A stretch of DNA of 61,390 nucleotides from a virus (taxonomy: Duplodnaviria > Caudoviricetes). This document shows, in pieces, positions 47,763-56,525 of the stretch (its first letter is position 1; each line of letters starts with the position of its first letter). The stretch lies in the IMG/VR virus record IMGVR_UViG_3300028608_000016, positions 1 to 61,390 of that record; one strand, given 5' to 3'. Made by a program: the position numbers and the translations under genes. The notes under the pieces were generated by a model. The model was not told the DNA's origin. It saw only the letters and a list, made by a program, of their open reading frames with translations, and ran no database searches.

Positions 47763-49340
47763 GTGACAGAAAAGAAACTGACTGTTGGTGACATTCGCGG
47801 AATTGGTGAACCGATCCCAATGGAGTCTGGCGAATTCCGTATGCCAAACCCAAGTCCAGAACTGCGCGCTGCGTTTGCTGCCGCTTTGGAAGAAGGTGAT
47901 GCTCTGGATTCCGTCATTGTAGTGAAACAGCCCGCTCCTGTTTCGGCGGAAGCCATTCACGTTATGTCGGTGAGTCCAGAAATGGAAAAAGAAATTCTGG
48001 CCGCAATGGACGAACGTGGAATAATTCCGGAAGAACTACAACGTCAAATCGGTGGGATTGCTGTGAATAGCATTGATCCGATGCAGCAATTCGGACACGG
48101 TGATCCACGCGACAATCCATACGGGCAGCTTCGAGTCCGCCATTTCACCGAAGCCGATCATGCGCTGGTCAACAAAACTCCACTTCCACTCCCGCGAATC
48201 GACGTGCAGTATTTCGATTGGTTGGGTCACATTCTGCGCGCTGGAGAAAAGCGTTGCGACCGCACCGGCACCGGCACCATTTCGGCATTCGGCCAAGTGA
48301 TGATGCGTGTAGACCTGCGCCAATACTTCCCGGCGTTGACCACGAAATACGTTCACTTCATCGCAGTGGACGACGAACTCGACTGGATGAAATCTGGCAG
48401 TTCAAACATCCGCTCCATGAAAAAGAATGGCACGCGCATTTGGGACGAATGGGTAATTCCGGGCACCGAAGAATACCGCATGCTGGAATGGGGAGAGCGT
48501 ATTCGCAAAATGAGCGTCACGCAACATGCGGACTTCAACGAATCGACCGCGTTCATGCGGGAAGACGACCGTTCGCAAGAATTCATTTTGCAGAAACAAA
48601 GTGAATTGCTCGACAACATGGGCATTCCAGACAAAGAACTGGTGGCCGGTGAACTCGGAAAAGTTTACGGAACCCAGTGGCGTTACTGGGAAGACACCCG
48701 AATCATCGAAGCCTCTGAATGGTCGCGTGACCCGGATGGTTGGGCAGACAGTGGTTTCGTTGTGCAGGGCAAAATGTTTGACGGCCACCGCATTGTCATT
48801 CAGCGCAAGGTTGACCAAATCGCGATTATCGAAAAACAGATTCGCGACGAAGTGCTGTTCCAGAAAGGTGAACTGGAAAAACACAAAGACGGTCGCCGAA
48901 TTATGTTGAGCGGTTGGAACGTTGCCAACCTCACCGAAATGGCGCTGCCGCCTTGCCACGTTCTGGCCCAGTGGTATGTGTCGAGTGAAACCGACGAAAA
49001 CGGAAAGCATTTCCTTGATTGCGAAATGTATCAACGTTCCGGCGATATGTTCTTGGGCATTCCGTTCAACATGGCACAGTACAGCTTGCTCACTTCGCAA
49101 CTGGCACACGTCACCGGAACCCGCGCACGTTTCTTCACGCATGTAATTGGTGACGCGCACATTTACACCAACCACGTCGAGCAAGTGAAAGAACAACTTG
49201 CGCGTGACCCGTACAAACACGAATACCCGCAACTGGAAATCACCGGTGCATTCAATTCCATCTTGGATATGAAAACCGGCGATTGCAAACTGGTCGGTTA
49301 CAAATACGACAAGGCGATCAAAGCCAAGGTGGCCGTGTAA
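47763..49340 (+). CDS. thyA: Thymidylate synthase (ThyA type) with an N-terminal extension and insertions
   Basis: DRTGTGT, IWDEW, GELGKVYGTQWR, RRIMLSGWN, MALPPCH, YQRSGDMFLGIPFN and GDAHIY motifs; AAGGAG RBS before a GTG start. Confidence 0.96.
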   Translation: MTEKKLTVGDIRGIGEPIPMESGEFRMPNPSPELRAAFAAALEEGDALDSVIVVKQPAPVSAEAIHVMSVSPEMEKEILAAMDERGIIPEELQRQIGGIAVNSIDPMQQFGHGDPRDNPYGQLRVRHFTEADHALVNKTPLPLPRIDVQYFDWLGHILRAGEKRCDRTGTGTISAFGQVMMRVDLRQYFPALTTKYVHFIAVDDELDWMKSGSSNIRSMKKNGTRIWDEWVIPGTEEYRMLEWGERIRKMSVTQHADFNESTAFMREDDRSQEFILQKQSELLDNMGIPDKELVAGELGKVYGTQWRYWEDTRIIEASEWSRDPDGWADSGFVVQGKMFDGHRIVIQRKVDQIAIIEKQIRDEVLFQKGELEKHKDGRRIMLSGWNVANLTEMALPPCHVLAQWYVSSETDENGKHFLDCEMYQRSGDMFLGIPFNMAQYSLLTSQLAHVTGTRARFFTHVIGDAHIYTNHVEQVKEQLARDPYKHEYPQLEITGAFNSILDMKTGDCKLVGYKYDKAIKAKVAV

Positions 49341-49492
49341 TGTTTAAATACTCCATGCTGGAATGGCACGAAAAGACTGATCGAGATTCGCCCAGTCTGT
49401 TGTGTCGGCTGTTCGGAGGTTGTCGGCCCATCGCTCCGAATTCCGGCTACCGGTATGCAGGCCACTGTAAAAAGTGCGGGTACAAGGGGTAA
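49340..49492 (+). CDS. Small Cys-rich protein (DUF1660-like)
   Basis: TAATG overlap with thyA; LLCRLFG...HCKKCG. Confidence 0.6.
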   Translation: MFKYSMLEWHEKTDRDSPSLLCRLFGGCRPIAPNSGYRYAGHCKKCGYKG

Positions 49493-49495
49493 ACC

Positions 49496-49879
49496 ATGGC
49501 GCAAGAAACTCTGTATCGTTTTCGCAGTTTCAACAATCCCGCAAACACCTCGCCGTCGCAAGCCGGGTGGAGTGACTGGGAGTTTGTGACCAAGAAGAAA
49601 TACAATGAAATCCTCGGGTACATTTACCGGGGCACGGGCAACTATCAGGCGCAAATGCTCACAGCCGAAATCGAAGATCACAAATTCGATTTGGCGGCGC
49701 GTGGTTATGTTGAACCGCTGTATCAAATGACCACGGAAACCGATTTCATCGACGCGCCGGTGGTAAAGGCGGTTGAGAAATACGATATTCCACGCCTGCG
49801 CGCCGAGCACTTGCATGCAGGTAAATGGGCCAGCTTTGAAGTGAGTTTCGACAATGGCGAATCGTGGCAAAACTATTGA
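49496..49879 (+). CDS. Hypothetical protein
   Basis: 127 aa ORF in the plus-strand operon. Confidence 0.7.
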   Translation: MAQETLYRFRSFNNPANTSPSQAGWSDWEFVTKKKYNEILGYIYRGTGNYQAQMLTAEIEDHKFDLAARGYVEPLYQMTTETDFIDAPVVKAVEKYDIPRLRAEHLHAGKWASFEVSFDNGESWQNY

Positions 49880-50255
49880 TGCGATGCAGCGCGCCGTTAA
49901 CGCGTGGGAGATTTTGAAAACGTTGCAATCAGTGGAAATCATGTACCGGCTCAAAATGAAGTCGGTACTTGAACTGATAGACAAAGACGATTACGAATAT
50001 CTCGACTGCTTGTTCATTCAGATCGAACCGTCAAAAATTCCCGACCTGATTATTCCGGTGCTGCGTACAGCGTTTGCACATCGGCACAATTTGGTCGCGT
50101 GGGATCAACTGCGTGATAAAGCGTGGGCGCTTTGCAAATCCCCGGAATGGCGACGGGCAATGCGCGGCCTGCAACCAAACCACTGTCTGGAATACGGACA
50201 GTTTCGTGAAAGTGGCGGGTACAATCAATTGGTAAATAAAGTCTTGGGAGTGTAA
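49854..50255 (+). CDS. Hypothetical protein
   Basis: 133 aa ORF (alternative start at 49884) abutting the next gene. Confidence 0.65.
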   Translation: MANRGKTIDAMQRAVNAWEILKTLQSVEIMYRLKMKSVLELIDKDDYEYLDCLFIQIEPSKIPDLIIPVLRTAFAHRHNLVAWDQLRDKAWALCKSPEWRRAMRGLQPNHCLEYGQFRESGGYNQLVNKVLGV

Positions 50256-50471
50256 ATGAAACGAGTTTTGCTGTGCGCGCTTCTGGCTCTGACCGGGTGC
50301 GACGAAGTAAAGGAGTTGCAAAGCTATACCGTGGTTGAACAAGCCAAGAAGGCGTGCAGCGAAACTGGGCAAGTTTTACAGCAAGTCGAATATGGCCCAA
50401 TGTCAGGCCCGAATATCAAAATCACTTGCCGCACGGCGCAGGCAGGTGAGGACCAACACTACGTTTTCTAA
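50256..50471 (+). CDS. Small lipoprotein
   Basis: MKRVLLCALLALTG|C lipobox. Confidence 0.75.
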   Translation: MKRVLLCALLALTGCDEVKELQSYTVVEQAKKACSETGQVLQQVEYGPMSGPNIKITCRTAQAGEDQHYVF

Positions 50472-50483
50472 GGAGAGGCGAAG

Positions 50484-50711
50484 ATGACCCAAGAAGAAAT
50501 GGAAAAGAACTTTCTGCTGAAATTCATCTTTGCTCCCGAAAAGTGTTGGCTACCAAACGAATACAAACCGATCATGAAACGTCTCAACGTGTGGGGCCGC
50601 AACGTAATCAGTGACGCCCAAAAGGACCGCATGTTGGCACAGCCGAAGTTTCGCACGCGGGGCTGTACGTTTTACACCGGTGACGATATCAAAAAGTTGA
50701 GGATGGAATGA
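50484..50711 (+). CDS. Hypothetical protein
   Basis: AGGAGAGG RBS; ATGA overlap with the next gene. Confidence 0.7.
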   Translation: MTQEEMEKNFLLKFIFAPEKCWLPNEYKPIMKRLNVWGRNVISDAQKDRMLAQPKFRTRGCTFYTGDDIKKLRME

Positions 50712-51010
50712 GCGATATTCTTAAAGGGCGGATGCCGGTTTACGTTTGCCATAAAGAAGTACGTGGTGCGAAAATCACCGGCATTCGATACTGCTACAAA
50801 GGCACCAAGTCACTTTTGATTCTCGGTGAAATCAATTCCGAGGTCGAAGTGGATACACAGTGGTACGCCCGCCACGCACCGCAGATCGGCGGGTATTACG
50901 TTTTGTACGAAGACGGTTACGCGTCGTACAGTCCAGAGCGCGCTTTCGAAGACGGCTACAAGTTGAAAGCGAAAAAGTTTGTCGCGAAGAACCCACCTAA
51001 AGGAGATTGA
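50708..51010 (+). CDS. Conserved phage hypothetical protein
   Basis: Y.CHKEV.....GGYYVLYEDGYASYSP..AFEDGY, a motif common in phage proteins. Confidence 0.8.
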   Translation: MSDILKGRMPVYVCHKEVRGAKITGIRYCYKGTKSLLILGEINSEVEVDTQWYARHAPQIGGYYVLYEDGYASYSPERAFEDGYKLKAKKFVAKNPPKGD

Positions 51011-51013
51011 GCA

Positions 51014-51646
51014 ATGTTGAAGGAACGTCTGGTCAGCCGCGAAAGTCTGCCTGACCTGCAAAACGAATTCGGTTATGTGCTAGAGCGCAACGAGTGGATT
51101 CCGATAAACTGGCGGCACAACGCAATCGCCAGTTCCGGCGCGCCTATCGGTGAAGTGAAACGCGACGATCCAGTTCCGTTTTATTGCCGCCAAGGGAAAT
51201 ACGCGTACCCAATTCTGCACGATGCAAAGGAAGACTTCTATCGCGCAGGCAGTGTTGGGGCGGTAAAAGAACGTGACCCAACTTTCAACAACTTCTATTC
51301 GGCTGTAGCGTCGAACGCAGACGCAATCTTTGTGCCGCGTGAATTGTGGGAAGACGTAAAGCGTCACAAAAAGCGCAACGAAATGGGTCGGTGGATGGTG
51401 ATTCACTGTATCGACAAATTCTTGGAAGCCGGTTACGTCGGCAAGATTGGCCGCACGCGCATTTATACCGATGCTCGGTTTGCTGCTAATGAGCAACTGT
51501 TTGACGGGAAGATGTTTGTTTTGAAAATTCACCCCGGCGTTAAGAGGCTGGCCGACCCGATGGTGCTTGATCGCATTATTGTGGTGAAGACCGAACGCGG
51601 CAACCGTCTCATGATGGAACGCGACCTGTCCAATCAGCACCATTGA
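51014..51646 (+). CDS. Hypothetical protein
   Basis: 210 aa ORF with an AGGAG RBS, ending just before the bidirectional terminator. Confidence 0.7.
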   Translation: MLKERLVSRESLPDLQNEFGYVLERNEWIPINWRHNAIASSGAPIGEVKRDDPVPFYCRQGKYAYPILHDAKEDFYRAGSVGAVKERDPTFNNFYSAVASNADAIFVPRELWEDVKRHKKRNEMGRWMVIHCIDKFLEAGYVGKIGRTRIYTDARFAANEQLFDGKMFVLKIHPGVKRLADPMVLDRIIVVKTERGNRLMMERDLSNQHH

Positions 51647-51651
51647 AAACG

Positions 51652-51692
51652 AAAAACCCCGCTTTCCATTTGACCGGAGAGCGGGGTTTTTT
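51652..51692. terminator. Bidirectional Rho-independent terminator
   Basis: AAAAACCCCGCTTTCC-ATTTGACC-GGAGAGCGGGGTTTTTT between convergent genes. Confidence 0.9.
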
Positions 51693-52087
51693 CATTTGGC
51701 GGACTGGGCGCCACGAATTGCGAGCTTGTATTTCCGTATGCCATCGAGAATCTTTTTCCGTTTGGCTTCCCACGCTTGTGCTTGCGTGGAATCTTTTGGA
51801 CGCTGGCCGAGTTTAATGAAGCGCTGTTCGCCTTTCTTGATTAGCGCTTTATACTTCTCGATCCGTTCGTTTGCAGCTTTCTTGGTCGCCGCTGATTTCT
51901 GCTTACGTGCATTCGCTTGTTGCTTCACGATTGCGGCAGGCTTGGGCGGTCCAGCGTTCTGCGGATGGTAGCGCGAGTTTGGGTGTTTGGCCAGATACGC
52001 GGCCTTGCCCTTCGTGCCTTTCTTTTCCGTGAACCAATGTTTCTTTTTCGCGGCTGGTGTTGCAGCTACTTTCTTTTTCGTCGCCAT
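51692..52087 (-). CDS. Highly basic Lys/Ala-rich protein (putative DNA-condensing core protein)
   Basis: Starts MATKKK; WF...YLAKHPNS motif shared with 52113..52556. Confidence 0.7.
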   Translation of the reverse strand: MATKKKVAATPAAKKKHWFTEKKGTKGKAAYLAKHPNSRYHPQNAGPPKPAAIVKQQANARKQKSAATKKAANERIEKYKALIKKGEQRFIKLGQRPKDSTQAQAWEAKRKKILDGIRKYKLAIRGAQSAK

Positions 52088-52112
52088 GAAGAATCCATCC
52101 TACGCAATTTGG

Positions 52113-52556
52113 TCACGCGGCCTTTTTGCGGGCGATATCCTGCTTGGCTGCGCGAATGTGGGAACGTACTTCGGCCATCTGCTCGTACAGATCACCGAGT
52201 TTCTTTTTCTGCAAACGCTTGCCAGCAACGTCGTTGTGTTTCTGGTGAGAAACTTGGTCGTGCTGTTTTGCCAGTTGGTGCAGTTTGTCTTCCAACCGGC
52301 GCAGCCCATCCAGTTCTTTGTCGAGCGGCGCTTTCTTGTGCGCAGCCTTACGCGAGAAAATGGAAGTCGGGTGTTTGTCGGTGTACTGCTTTTGCTTTTC
52401 GCGCCCCATCTTGCCAAACCACGTCCCCGCGATACTGGCCGGGGCTTTGGTGCGGCGTTTCTTCTTTACGAGAATCGTGCCGGTGCTGGCGGTTGCCACA
52501 CTCCGACGTTTCTTCCCGCCTCCTGCGTTTACAACGCGTTTCTTTTTCGCCGCCAT
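52113..52556 (-). CDS. Highly basic Lys/Arg-rich protein (paralogue of 51692..52087)
   Basis: Starts MAAKKK; WFGKM...YTDKHPTS motif plus a coiled coil. Confidence 0.7.
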   Translation of the reverse strand: MAAKKKRVVNAGGGKKRRSVATASTGTILVKKKRRTKAPASIAGTWFGKMGREKQKQYTDKHPTSIFSRKAAHKKAPLDKELDGLRRLEDKLHQLAKQHDQVSHQKHNDVAGKRLQKKKLGDLYEQMAEVRSHIRAAKQDIARKKAA

Positions 52557-52565
52557 TTCAATTCC

Positions 52566-52820
52566 TCAACGCGCTTTACCGCGTTCCATAAGGCCCAACC
52601 AATTGGCTTTACGCATGTGCATTTTGCCAATCGGTCCGTAGGAGCCTCCGTTCATATCGGTGTTTTTCTTCTTTCGGTTTTTCAACCGACTTTTGATACC
52701 TTCCTTGGTTTGCTTCACGTCGCGGTTATCGTAACGATCAATCCGTGCGCCGTTGTGTTCCTTGCTCCCGGTTTCCCGAAAGCGGTTTGTTGCGTCTGCT
52801 AGGCTCAAAAGGATTTCCAT
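52566..52820 (-). CDS. Small basic protein (N-terminal LSLA tag)
   Basis: Starts MEILLSLAD; TGATG overlap with the upstream gene. Confidence 0.7.
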   Translation of the reverse strand: MEILLSLADATNRFRETGSKEHNGARIDRYDNRDVKQTKEGIKSRLKNRKKKNTDMNGGSYGPIGKMHMRKANWLGLMERGKAR

Positions 52821-53476
52821 CAGAACCTCGGGTGCATGTGAAACGTTGGTTGCGTGTCCATACGTTCGGAACCTTCCACGTTCACCTTTTGCTTTTTCTT
52901 CTTGCGCTTTCGCTGCTTGAAGTCGGTGTCCATAACCTTTGACGGTTTGGTTTTCTGCATCAGGTCAACGTATGGCCTTGTGGGGCCAGTTGGTAAAACC
53001 GTTTGGTTATCCGAAATGGAAGACGCTTCACTGGAAAGTTGTGGCGCATGCGAGAACCACGCACGGCACAAATTGGTAATCAGGTCTAAGCCATAGCCGA
53101 CCAGATCGGTATCATCTGGCGAAACTTTTAACGCATGGTTGAAATGTCGCAGCGTGCGCAAGCCATCGGGTTCCTGCGCGTACAGAATCGCTGCGACTAA
53201 AACGTCTTTTTGCAACATCGGAACCATTGGCACAGGTTCAGGGTGATGCGGCTTTGGACGTTCCGGAACATCCACACGAAAAATTGCCAGAAAACCATTT
53301 TGCTCAACGCTCGTCCCGATGCGTTCGTAAAGGACCGGCGTTCTGCTCCGGTCAAATGGAGGCGGGTCTGGCAGGATGATTGCACCTTTGAGAAAGTGAA
53401 TGCTGTCCGACCAGACTCGCAACCGGCTAGTCAGTTCGTATGATTTACTCGATGACAAACTGAGCAACACTTCCAT
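52820..53476 (-). CDS. Hypothetical protein (N-terminal LSLS tag, basic C-tail)
   Basis: Starts MEVLLSLSS; KQRKRKKKKQK tail. Confidence 0.7.
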   Translation of the reverse strand: MEVLLSLSSSKSYELTSRLRVWSDSIHFLKGAIILPDPPPFDRSRTPVLYERIGTSVEQNGFLAIFRVDVPERPKPHHPEPVPMVPMLQKDVLVAAILYAQEPDGLRTLRHFNHALKVSPDDTDLVGYGLDLITNLCRAWFSHAPQLSSEASSISDNQTVLPTGPTRPYVDLMQKTKPSKVMDTDFKQRKRKKKKQKVNVEGSERMDTQPTFHMHPRF

Positions 53477-53486
53477 TGCCTAAACC

Positions 53487-54389
53487 TCAAAGTTTACCGC
53501 CTAGTTTTACACGGATTTGGTCAGCCAACTGGTTTACAGTCAGAGAGTTATCCCGCATGTAAGTACCAATTCGTGCCGCCAGTTTCTTCTCCCGTTCTGT
53601 ACCGTGCGAAGCATTGTGCAGAATGTTTTTCACCTGACCATGAAGATCGTACTCATTCCACTGGTAGCGGAAACGTTCGAACAGATATTCGTTCTGTTCG
53701 GTTTTCACCGGCTTCGCTTGCATGACGAAATCAACAAGCTGTTTCACGTCGGAGTTTTTGTCGCTTTGGTACTGCCGCATTTTCCGACGTTGCTGGTATG
53801 CGATTTCTTCGGCGTCGTCTTCCGTGGCAGGCTTGTCAAAAACCGAAACTGCTTTGCCGCCATACTCCATGCTGGACACAGGTACGGTTTTGCGCGTGTT
53901 TAAGTTTTTGTAAGCGGTCGCGTCACGATACAGATAGACCTTAATGCCGGAACGCAGTAGCTCGGTCAACATGCGCCGCATTTTCATGCCTTGCCGTTCT
54001 GGATCATAACCGTTCAAATCGAAGTGGACAGCGCGAATGAAACGTTTGGCTTTCGGCAGAATTTGTTTCGCGTAGTAATACCGGTCTTCCTGCTCGACAC
54101 TGGTGCCTTTCGGGGTTACGCCCCAATAGTCTACGGACTCGCGTTTCATTTTCGAGTGGAGCAATTGCTCTTTAAACTCGATAGTGACGTTGTAGTAATT
54201 GTGGGTGATGACGCGATTGCGGCGAACAGAAAGGAAGAAAGGCTGTTTTGCGTACTGCAATTCAGCCTCTTTCCCTGCCACCTGCGAAAGCAAAAACGAA
54301 TCGCTTTCGGCAATTGCGTACATCGCGTTAAACGAAGTGCCGTGGAATACGGCACCTGCATCTTTTGCCAACGCGACGTGTACCTGCAT
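53487..54389 (-). CDS. Putative ADP-ribosyltransferase-fold protein
   Basis: VFHGT...I....F...FLSVRR...VTIEF...EQEDR fits the H-S-E ART strand pattern. Confidence 0.55.
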   Translation of the reverse strand: MQVHVALAKDAGAVFHGTSFNAMYAIAESDSFLLSQVAGKEAELQYAKQPFFLSVRRNRVITHNYYNVTIEFKEQLLHSKMKRESVDYWGVTPKGTSVEQEDRYYYAKQILPKAKRFIRAVHFDLNGYDPERQGMKMRRMLTELLRSGIKVYLYRDATAYKNLNTRKTVPVSSMEYGGKAVSVFDKPATEDDAEEIAYQQRRKMRQYQSDKNSDVKQLVDFVMQAKPVKTEQNEYLFERFRYQWNEYDLHGQVKNILHNASHGTEREKKLAARIGTYMRDNSLTVNQLADQIRVKLGGKL

Positions 54390-54390
54390 T

Positions 54391-56061
54391 TTACTTACCT
54401 ACAGAGTCGATGGCTTTTTGGATTTTCGCGTTAGGGCGGCAACCGAGTTCCGCAAACATCGCGGCGAGAATCGAAGGGTCAATGTAGTTGGCAATTGCAG
54501 TGTTTGCAGTTACCTTGTCCCCACTCATGTGCCCCAGTTCAGCACCGACTTTCATCAGTTGCTGTTCTACCCACTTGTTTACGTCCGCGTCTTTGGCCGA
54601 GCCTTTCTTGAACGGCGGTTTTTCCAAAAGCTTTTGTGCCAGTTCGGTGCCTTTCGCGGTACGCAGTTTGTGAATGGTGAAACCGTCAGGGAACCCGATT
54701 TCTTTCAGGTAGGTGTTTACGGCAGAACCGGGCAACACTTTACCTTTGAACGTGGTCAGATGATCGGCAGGCTTTTTGCCGTCAATCATTTTCACCAGCG
54801 CGCCGTGCAGAAGCTGGCCGCGTTGCGTATTGAATTTTACAACGTGGCGTTGCTTACCACCAGATTTACCGGTGTAATTCATGATGACGCGTTGGTCGTT
54901 GATGTTTACGTGTTTCATCAGCAGCGTGGAAATGCCGTGAGTGGTCACGCCATCGGTTGCAGCTTTGGTGCTGCCGATACGACCGGAAGTTTGATAAATC
55001 AGTTCGCACAGCAGGGCGCAAACGGAGTTTTTGGTGGACGGAACTTTTTGCAGATCAGGCAACCATTTTTTGGTGAGCGCTGCCAGATTCGCCATTGCGC
55101 CGTTAACCACGTCAAACTTCGCGGCCTTCGCACCAGCGCGGTAATCGACGGTGTACGCACGCGAATAGTCGGCCGAGAACGGTGCTTTAAACATGCACAC
55201 ATACGCGTTGTCGAGTTTTGCATCGTATGCCGGGTTCATTTGCACGATACCGGCTGGCGCTTGCAAAAGCTTTTTCCCGGCGACGGTGTAATACGCACCG
55301 AGGTCGTCGATCATGCCGACGAAAGTTTCCGGAATCGGGTTGAGCGTATTGCCCAGCGCCTTTTTCACTTCGGCGATTGGCAGATACGGTTTGCCGCTGG
55401 AACGAACGAGGTTTGCCAACTGCTTTTTGTAGAAGGCGTTTACCTGTTTGCGCAGGTCGAGGTATTCCTCATGCGCTTTGACTTTCGAACCTTTGGCCTT
55501 GTTGTGTTCCTGCCAGCCTTTCAACACTTCGACCGGCATTTCGTAACCGCTGACGTGGCCGTGCTTTTTCACCAACGCTTGCAGCTTGGCGTAAACGGAT
55601 TTCATATCCTCGCCAGCGTCTTCGGTGTGCAAAAACATTTCGTTGATATCCGGATCGCGCAGAACGGAAACGTTGCGCATCAGTCGCTTTTCAGCGGCTT
55701 CGGAACCAGCGGCAGCCAAACGCAAATCGTTGATGAACCCCAGTTGCTGGCGGGTCACGTCGGTTTCGCGGTCGATGATGTTTTTCTGTTCTTTGATCTT
55801 TTCAAAGACGGCATTGATTGCAGTACGCACGTCGTCGTGCTCTGCAACGTCCCGACCAGCGACGATCAGACGGATTGCCTGATTGAACGCTTTGGTCATT
55901 TTGAAACGGGTTGCGAATTCTTCCGCCTCGTCGCCCCACAGATTCAGTTTGCGCAGAAAACTGGTTTCATACGCAAACTCGCGGGTTTTGTACATGGCGA
56001 CCAGACATTTAATCGCAGATTCCGTCGAACTTGGGTTTACGGAAGCGAGAGAAATGTACAT
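54391..56061 (-). CDS. Type IB DNA topoisomerase with a long N-terminal extension
   Basis: Catalytic pentad pattern GRIGS, GISTL, YTGKSG, FTIHKLRT..GT, LGH and NYIDP, matching the poxvirus/bacterial Topo IB core. Confidence 0.88.
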   Translation of the reverse strand: MYISLASVNPSSTESAIKCLVAMYKTREFAYETSFLRKLNLWGDEAEEFATRFKMTKAFNQAIRLIVAGRDVAEHDDVRTAINAVFEKIKEQKNIIDRETDVTRQQLGFINDLRLAAAGSEAAEKRLMRNVSVLRDPDINEMFLHTEDAGEDMKSVYAKLQALVKKHGHVSGYEMPVEVLKGWQEHNKAKGSKVKAHEEYLDLRKQVNAFYKKQLANLVRSSGKPYLPIAEVKKALGNTLNPIPETFVGMIDDLGAYYTVAGKKLLQAPAGIVQMNPAYDAKLDNAYVCMFKAPFSADYSRAYTVDYRAGAKAAKFDVVNGAMANLAALTKKWLPDLQKVPSTKNSVCALLCELIYQTSGRIGSTKAATDGVTTHGISTLLMKHVNINDQRVIMNYTGKSGGKQRHVVKFNTQRGQLLHGALVKMIDGKKPADHLTTFKGKVLPGSAVNTYLKEIGFPDGFTIHKLRTAKGTELAQKLLEKPPFKKGSAKDADVNKWVEQQLMKVGAELGHMSGDKVTANTAIANYIDPSILAAMFAELGCRPNAKIQKAIDSVGK

Positions 56062-56072
56062 TGTCTGTCCTG

Positions 56073-56525
56073 TTATCGAAGATTTTTCATGACGTATTCC
56101 ATGCGTTCGAAGCGATTTTCAAAGCGGCGTGCTTCGATATCAGCAATCGGAACGGGAATACCAACGTAGTAGCAGACTTGGCCCCACGAAATGTTGGCAG
56201 ACGGCTCAACCACTTTGCCATCGTAAACGCAAAACGCGTGAGGCTCGATGGAAGTTTTTTCACGGCTGGCGGTGATGAAATAGCCGTAATACAAGTCGAG
56301 GCCATTGTCGGCCGCAAACTTGATTGCAGTGTCAATCGGGTCGCCTTTTTCCGTACCAATCAATCGCGCTTTCGGAATGATTGGGATAACAGCCAAACGT
56401 TTTGGCAGGTCACGCCAGAATCCGCGTTCCTTGCACAGACGTTCGACCAAACCTTTCGGCAAATACTGCTTTAGCTCGAAAGCCAAAGCGGTAAACATCG
56501 TTGCACGCCGCAGTTTAATCTTCAT
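56073..56525 (-). CDS. Hypothetical protein, possibly a degenerate transglutaminase/papain-like fold
   Basis: LYYGY...EPHAFC.YDGKVVEP resembles H-A-W..D families; no obvious catalytic Cys upstream. Confidence 0.5.
   Translation of the reverse strand: MKIKLRRATMFTALAFELKQYLPKGLVERLCKERGFWRDLPKRLAVIPIIPKARLIGTEKGDPIDTAIKFAADNGLDLYYGYFITASREKTSIEPHAFCVYDGKVVEPSANISWGQVCYYVGIPVPIADIEARRFENRFERMEYVMKNLR

Noticed and set aside
47681-47956. N-terminal 92-aa extension of the PAAR ORF in the ORF track
   Set aside because: It overlaps thyA on the opposite strand; the PAAR domain starts at Met 47680.
47763-49340. Intron or intein in thyA, or a base-modifying hydroxymethylase
   Set aside because: The frame is continuous, the inserts are short and lack intein C...HN ends or homing-endonuclease motifs, and the Asn in PFN indicates dUMP specificity.
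54391-56061. Tyrosine integrase or prophage interpretation of the R-K-H-R-H-Y protein
   Set aside because: GRIG, GISTL, Y.GK.G, LRT..GT and YIDP motifs fit Topo IB better; no att sites or host genes are present.
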